Assembly: GCF_964355755.1 (NCBI RefSeq)
Contig: NC_092673.1
Span: 27,339,648-27,403,647, forward strand
DNA from: Antedon mediterranea
Taxonomy: Eukaryota > Animalia > Echinodermata
Direction: 5' to 3'
Length of the DNA: 64,000 nt
A program made the translations under genes and the position numbers. Shown here piece by piece: positions 56,901-64,000 of this stretch; within the stretch, counting starts at the first letter, position 1; each line of letters opens with the position of its first letter. Under the pieces are notes generated by a model. That model saw nothing but the letters and a program-made list of their open reading frames with translations. It did not search any database and was not told the origin of the DNA.

Positions 56901-59900
56901 TTTACGCAAAGCACACTAATCAAGTCACTCACATATTCCCTGACAGGGTGAATGATATACAGTACCAATGATATAATAATAGTTCTAAAATAACATTTTC
57001 TCTACACTATCAAACATTATGTAATTGTCACGAACTCCCTTTTTATACGTATGTTTCCGAGCGGTTGAAAATACTTTAGAAAATCCCTTGTGACATAAAA
57101 GTATACACACAAAATCCACAAAGTTGTAAAATAACTAAAAAACAAAGCTTTAATATCAACTTCAACTTTCAACAATCCAGTAAGCACTTCAAACAACAGT
57201 TTCACAATAACTTTTACAATCTAATATCCAACCTCTAATATCCAACCTTCTTCAAAATTAATGCTTCAATCAAAAATCCTTCTCCCTTCTTACAATATGT
57301 TCATAACATTCTAGATCATTCCTTACTTCTTATTCTATTGGATTACAATTTCTATTAATAGCACTTCTGGAATGTTCCTGATTGTTCTTATTAATTATAC
57401 ATGGGTTCTTAAATCTAAATATACTCTTATTCTAGAATATTCATGTAGATACTGTATCTGTTAGGAATGGTAATTTATTACAGTAATCAACAAAAAAAGC
57501 GATGTGCCAATATATGGACATGATGATGTCATATATCACTACCATATTTGGGTACATCACACTTTTTTTGTCAAACTAGTTTGATAGTGTAGACAGAGCT
57601 TTACAAACAATGTTTGTTTACTTTTACATTTTTACAAAGATGCCAAACGATGTTTTATTATTCCTGTTCTTATCTTGTTCGCGATATTGAAATATTCGAA
57701 TAGGCCTACTTTCAATTTATTTTGCAGCCTTTATAAACACAGTTCAATAATAAAAATCGAACTTGATGCAAATCGATTGAGGATTAGATCGATTATTCTA
57801 TTTATTTTAACATTTTAAGAAGCCTGGCTTAAATACCGTCAGTAAAACATTTTGAAAAGTTAGGCCTAATTAAAAAATTTTACATTTTAAACAGAATTCT
57901 ACTTTACAGGCTAATGTTATCAAATTTTACAGGAGAACATTCATTATTTGTTTTTTTTTGTTATTTCTTTTTTCGCGATGTAGGTGTAGGCCTACTATTT
58001 TTGTCTTAAAGTGGTTGTGAAGACAAGCTCCAGCTTCATACAGCCTCTTCGTCAATGTAGGCCTATTTTATAAACGTTACCGGTATTTACTTGTTTGTCT
58101 CTAAGGTAAATCTATAATTAGATCTAACAGAATCTAATTTGATCAAATTTACACGTTTTGTACAATTTTAGCAGATTAATGCATTCAGGCTAGCGTAGTT
58201 TTTAGCCCAGATGCGTGGGTCTAAACCACAATACATACCTACCCTGGGCATCAACATGTCTGACTTCTGGGTGAAGGGTCATCATTCGTCAGCCACTGAA
58301 TGTTTATTTTCATTTGAAGTAAAATTTGATTAGGTCAGAGGTCAGATACCACTTGTGCGTTCTCGATTGTATGGTAAAAGAATGTCATGTTTATTTTTAA
58401 TCGCTTAACATTTGTCAACACACTCATTTTGACAACTACTTTGTAGTAAAAACCACTACAAGAATAAAATCAATCAAGATTAATGCAAAAATGACAAATA
58501 ACTTATAAATTCGATCATATTAAATTGTGCATCAACGTAGAGCGCATAAGTATCGCCTATCCATGGTATATAAATGCCCACTGTCTATCATTACAAATAT
58601 CTTTTCTTTCATTAATGTAATAATTATTTGCATATAATTTATCAAGTAAGCTTACACATCAAGTAAGCTTACACATCGTGTAGCCGAAATAAAAAAAAAA
58701 GAATCTCAATTCGAGGGTTAAACAATTTGTATTAAGAAAAAAACAACAACAGCATAAACCCCACTTATTTGTCGACAGTGAAATAAGCCCAACGATTTAT
58801 ATTTTAAAATAAACCTCCGGAGCTACCCTTTAAGATAAAACTATAAATGGCACGATATCAATGTTGGCACAAAGAACATGACATCAGAAGGAATACCCTT
58901 TATAAACTACTGTGATGTACTTTGATAAGTCATTGCAATCATCAGATCATTTTCTAACAAATTAACTAACCTTTTAATGTATGCATGCTCTGATTCATAA
59001 TACTGTATAATCTTCTTATAAATTTGAATATGCAAATTAGTTATCATTTACTGTTACCCCCTCCTGCTGATCTTGGAAAAAAAGAACTAAAGTTTTAAAA
59101 ACAAGCAGGAGGCCGATCGACTCAATTAAATACTGATTAAGAAAACTAAACGCAGAAAGAATTTACAGTATCAGACGTAATTTCCACTAAATGATCGGTA
59201 ATGAAGTTAATGAAGAGTTTAGATTGCTAATTCATTCTGGGGTTTTATTTGGTGAGATGGGGGGTCTAAAACTTATACTATTCACGTCATGCTAATTCTA
59301 TAGGCCTAAGATGTTTGTCTATCTTTATCTTTCTGACTTCAAATGCCGCGCGTATAACTTTTGTTCTGTTCTTCAGATCTTTAGTAAATTGAACAATATA
59401 AATACAATCAACTCACAGATACATTATGACTATCAATTTAAATAATGTAAACAGAAAATGAAAATGACCTATAGGCCTATAACTATTCCTCTAATATACG
59501 GTACTGCCAACACAGTTGTACAATAACAACTTTCCATTTTGAAACTTAACGGCATAGAAATCACAACTACGGTACGGTATTAAATTCTGTTTTATGTTTT
59601 ATGTATCATTTTAAATTTAGCCTAGCATATCTAGCCGAAATTAACTATTTGTCTAAAATGAACGCTCGGCTTAACGATCCTCCCAAACTGTCAATCAGTC
59701 AATCAATCAAAAGTCATCGATGAGTTTAGGATAAGAAGTTATTGTTAAGGTGTCAAACAAACAGTGAAGTGCACTGGATGTACCTTTATCGATCGTGTGA
59801 AAAGGGTTCAACCAAACGGTTTAATACCAGGTAGCCAAGAAAAATGTTGGTGTAGTATCATCAATACATATCAAGGGTTTAGCGAATTTAGACATTCACA

Positions 59901-62900
59901 CCTATTGTAGGCCTAACTTATTTGTTTGTAATCTATTGTTTGTAAGCTATTTAAGTAAAGTTTGTTTTAGGGTTTACCATGGAAAAGAGGTTTCTTGGTT
60001 TTTTTTCGTCATTTAAATATACAAACGATGTGTTAACACTATTTCAGGTACTTTACTAAACGCAATATTTGTTTGTTACCAGAGCTATTTAATTTGTTTG
60101 ATACAGAGCTAGTTGAGAAAAGTTTGTTTTATGTTTTACCATGGAAAGGAGGTTCACTCTTGATACTAACAAACGAAATATTCAAACAAACATTCTGGAG
60201 AAATAAATATGTTATTTGTATAAGAATTGTTATAAAAAAATGTTCCCGTATACTTTGAGTACCCGTAAGAACTTTCGAAAAAATACACGATTGTAAAATA
60301 ATTAATATTAAAAGATTTGACTTATACAATCTTCTTTCTTCAAATATTCAAGTTTCCCAAAGATTATTAGGCATAATATTTTTTTAAAGCCAAATACTTT
60401 ATTTGTTTCTTCGTATCCTGCTTTCAAAATGCATCAATCGTTACAACTATTTGAAACTAAAAAAATATGTATTTTAAAAGAAGAAACGTTGTCTCCTGTT
60501 TGTTTCCTTTTGTTACATTTCTTAAAAAGACCTTATAGTTTCAAGTTTTGTTTTAATCCGACGGTTCTTGTTCTACAAAAGAACTGGTATCTAAAGGTAG
60601 TTAACCTAAAATAAACATTTTTTTTTGGTTCTTATATTTTATTTTAGTGATAAATGAAGCGTGTGGGCTAAAATGTTATTTATTACGCCAGTGCATGACA
60701 TCTATGTATTCGAATCAATCTCGCTTCCAATTTAAAATCTAATCAACAGACGAAAGTAGTGTATCCAATTTCGCACAAAATATTTTAAGGTATAGAATAG
60801 TATGTTAAAGGAGAGAGCCAGCAGTGTTGAAATAAAGGGGATCATCTTTTATCGAACACGAGCCTTTAGACCACCGGTCGACACATTCCTACACCGACTC
60901 AGTTTTGACGGATAGTGTCCAATGATGAATTGGTTCCAGTTATATTGCCTAATTAGTGTGGATACTGAAACATGGCCAAGACAAGAAACAAAATTAATAT
61001 TCTGAATGATAGCTATTTTGGTAGGTTGACTTAACAAGGGTCATCGGCCACTGCAAGAGTAAATAACATTGAACTAACATTGGTGACAATGTTTTGTCAC
61101 ATCAGTATAGAACTATGTCACATGTAGAAAGTTGATGAGGATTTACTTCATCTATTTATTTATCTATCCAAAGTGGTGCTACTATATGCGATATTATAAA
61201 TTGTACAGTTTGTATGGTTCAAACAATATCTATTTCATTACTTTTTCATATTTTCTCCGTGCTTCGAGCCTTTTTTAAACAATAAATTAAAATAAAAGTA
61301 AAATAAATAAATAAGTAAACTAAATTAAAATATAAGTAAAACATAAGTGTTTCCAAAGAACCTTTCATAAAACACATTTCTTGAAAGGTTTGATTATAAT
61401 TTTTTGTTTACATTAGGCCTACACTAATTTTTTTTAAAGAAAGAGCATATCAAAAATCTATAAACATTACCCAACACGCGATCATTATTATTCAGATAGC
61501 ATCGCATTACATTGTTATAAACTTAAAGATAAACAGGACGGTCCATTCCTCATGACGTAGGTGATTCGATACTTCTCCAAATTCTTTACTAGCTTTTTTT
61601 ACTCTCAAAACTTTAATTATATTTAATCTGACGTGTAAATTGAGTTGTTTGATTTTAAAATGTCACGTGATGGTATCGTGTCTCGTCAAAATGACGTTTG
61701 CCGGACTGCGAGCATGCGACTCACTCAAGACCTGAGTTGGCCGATTGCTCTAGCACGCGACAGTTTGATGAAATTAGTACTAATGGTGCTTTTATTCAAA
61801 ACAATCGGCTGCCTAGTTAGTGAAACTAACTCTACTTTAATTGATGTGTGTTGGAATGACAGAAGGTATACCCTACAAACCTTATGGAGAATTAATTGGT
61901 GAAATTTGGAAGACAAGGGAATTTTTCATCGATGATACACTGGGCCACCACCACAGAGATTCTGATAGTGAGATATTGAAAACAGTATCTGACAACTTGT
62001 TATTGTTTATACGCGTGTCTTACGTCCGACTATTTTTCAATATTACCTGTTGTGACTTTACTATCTTTCTAAACAATCTGTTCTGAATGGGTGGTTTTCA
62101 CTTGTGCTCGGTATACAGATCGGTCAATTTCAAAAGCAAACTGCAGAGAACCCCTATTATTAAAGCGACACATTCGGGACCCAACAAATGTCCCTCCTTA
62201 ATCTCCTGAAGAGGGGTGTCTCAAATCAGGGGTTTTACTGTACACAACATATTTAAAAACATACGCAGTACTAAAATCCTGACGTCATCAAGACATCTTT
62301 TGAAATAAAACAAAAGGTAGATTGTTGTCTACTGTACAAAATCATCAATATCTAATTTCATACCAGATAACAGTATAATTGGCCTTCATTCCTTACATTA
62401 AATCGTTCTCTTCCACTTTTCATCTTCCATTCGATTACTCACCACCCAGCAGAAGTTAATGCGGTTTTTTCGATACATTATATAAAATAATTTGATGTTT
62501 GTTTTCGTAAGATTGAGCGGTAGAAATGTATTGTACGGTATGCAAGATCTGGAAGTTGATAGTGTCAAAGATTCGTTTTCCGATGGGAAAACACCAATGG
62601 ATTTCTTTTTCTGTTTTGTCACATTCCCATTCTCAAGGTTTGATCGTTCACTGGAAATACTTTTTAGCACGTTTCTCTCAAAACGGTATGTAGCTTGTGT
62701 TTACTTTACCAAACGATGCTCCTAGGCCCAGATGACTACCCACGTGGTGTTGGCCAGAATAGACGGGACGCTCCTGGAGGGACTGCCTGAAGGAGTAACT
62801 TCTATTCGTTGGCCTACCATGCTTTCAAGTATTGGTTTCGTGGGAACGCTGTAAAGGTGGTGTAGATTTGTTATTTTCAACCCTTTAAACTGTAAATATT

Positions 62901-63675
62901 GCAAGAGGCCTGAGGAGAAATGAAACAGTATCACTGACCGGGACTAAAATAAACCGGAGAATGCACCAAGTTAACACTCTTTGATAAAACCGCGTGAGGT
63001 ATTAAATAAAAATGATAATACTATATTTATCTCATCAACAGAAATATCTTTTAGGCCTTCAAATATTTAAGCATTTCTGTTCAGTGTAAATTATAAGGGA
63101 ACAATATTTATAGTAAAGTTAGGCCTGTAGATTTCTGCTAGGTCATGCTGGAATAGCCCTGCAGATTTTACAAGGACTAAGATCATTTCTCTCCACAGGA
63201 GTGGTAAATGATATCATGTCAATCCAGGCTTCCGAATGCTCTCGTTAACCGGTATTTTTATGTGGTAAACAACGTTTGAAAAACATTGGTATTATTATGA
63301 TTACAAATATCTGAAAACATGTTTGTGAACTAGGTTCTTTCTCTTGATAAAATATTACGATTAATAATTATTATTAGTAAGGAAAAACTATTTTCCTAAA
63401 AACACAAATATCTTTGATGCCTAACTAACAAGGCTGCAGTCGCGTGCTCAAGTTAGTGTTTACCGACCGACAGACCAACATAGTGAGCTGTAAAAATATG
63501 GAGCTATATATCTGACAGCATTGTTATTATTAAAACCTACAATTAGCCTACAATACTAAACCACTTTGATGCAATTATTTATAAAGCATCGTGTAACCCG
63601 AAATCTAAAGTCCACAAGTTTCAGCAACAATCCTAAATCCACTCATCGACATTTTAGGAACACAGATGAATCTAA

Positions 63676-63822
63676 AGCTCTGTCTACACTATCAAACTAG
63701 TTTGACAAAAAAGTGTGATGTACCCAAATATGGTAGTGATATGCCCAAATATGGTAGTGATATAACATCATCATGTCCATATATTGGCACATCACATTTA
63801 GTTTGATATTGTAGACAGAGCT
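63676..63822. mobile_element. Harbinger-type MITE (family H)
   Basis: taa-AGCTCTGTCTACACTATCAAACT..GTAGACAGAGCT-tta with an internal 21-bp duplication. Confidence 0.88.
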
Positions 63823-64000
63823 TTAAAATTGACAGGATGTGTGTAGGCGTCTAACAATTGATTGTTTTAAAATGGAGATATTACTATATTTGGTGTTACT
63901 CTCAAACTAGTGTCCAGTCCACCACCAAAACAAGAACAAACAAAGAGGGTTAGAAACCAGTGGATATAAATAGAACCTCGAGATGAGTATCGACAAGATA

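Noticed and set aside
62398-62440. MEDEKWKRTI resembling a cytochrome P450 WxxxR helix-C motif
   Set aside because: Too short, followed by a stop, and no other P450 motif is visible nearby.

Overview
AT-rich, intron-containing animal DNA, most consistent with a marine invertebrate deuterostome such as an echinoderm (inferred from composition and protein similarity, not proven). Five complete spliced genes lie in the first 46 kb: GCLM (+), RABL6 (-), SPACA9 (+), PRPF4 (-) and NDOR1 (+). RABL6/SPACA9 and PRPF4/NDOR1 are head-to-head pairs; GCLM/RABL6 and SPACA9/PRPF4 are convergent. Bases 1-5.4 kb are a head-to-tail array of Helentron-type (HINE/DINE-1-like) non-autonomous elements with a stack of amplified hairpin termini and a nested 38-bp-TIR MITE. 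PRPF4 introns hold a ~4 kb decayed Academ transposon (with a nested CR1/L2-type LINE end) and a Ginger-like TG..CA element full of TTGCGCAA palindromes. A ~140-150 bp PIF/Harbinger-type MITE occurs roughly 18 times. From 46 to 64 kb no gene is recognisable. Best candidates for a second look: a frame-preserving 27-nt microexon in the RABL6 GTPase domain, the Helentron terminus array, a GC-AG intron and duplicated splice donors in NDOR1, and an RFX/Forkhead module at SPACA9. No CRISPR, rRNA or tRNA genes were seen, and I found no convincing wholly new biological system. All assignments were made by eye from remembered family motifs, without database searches.
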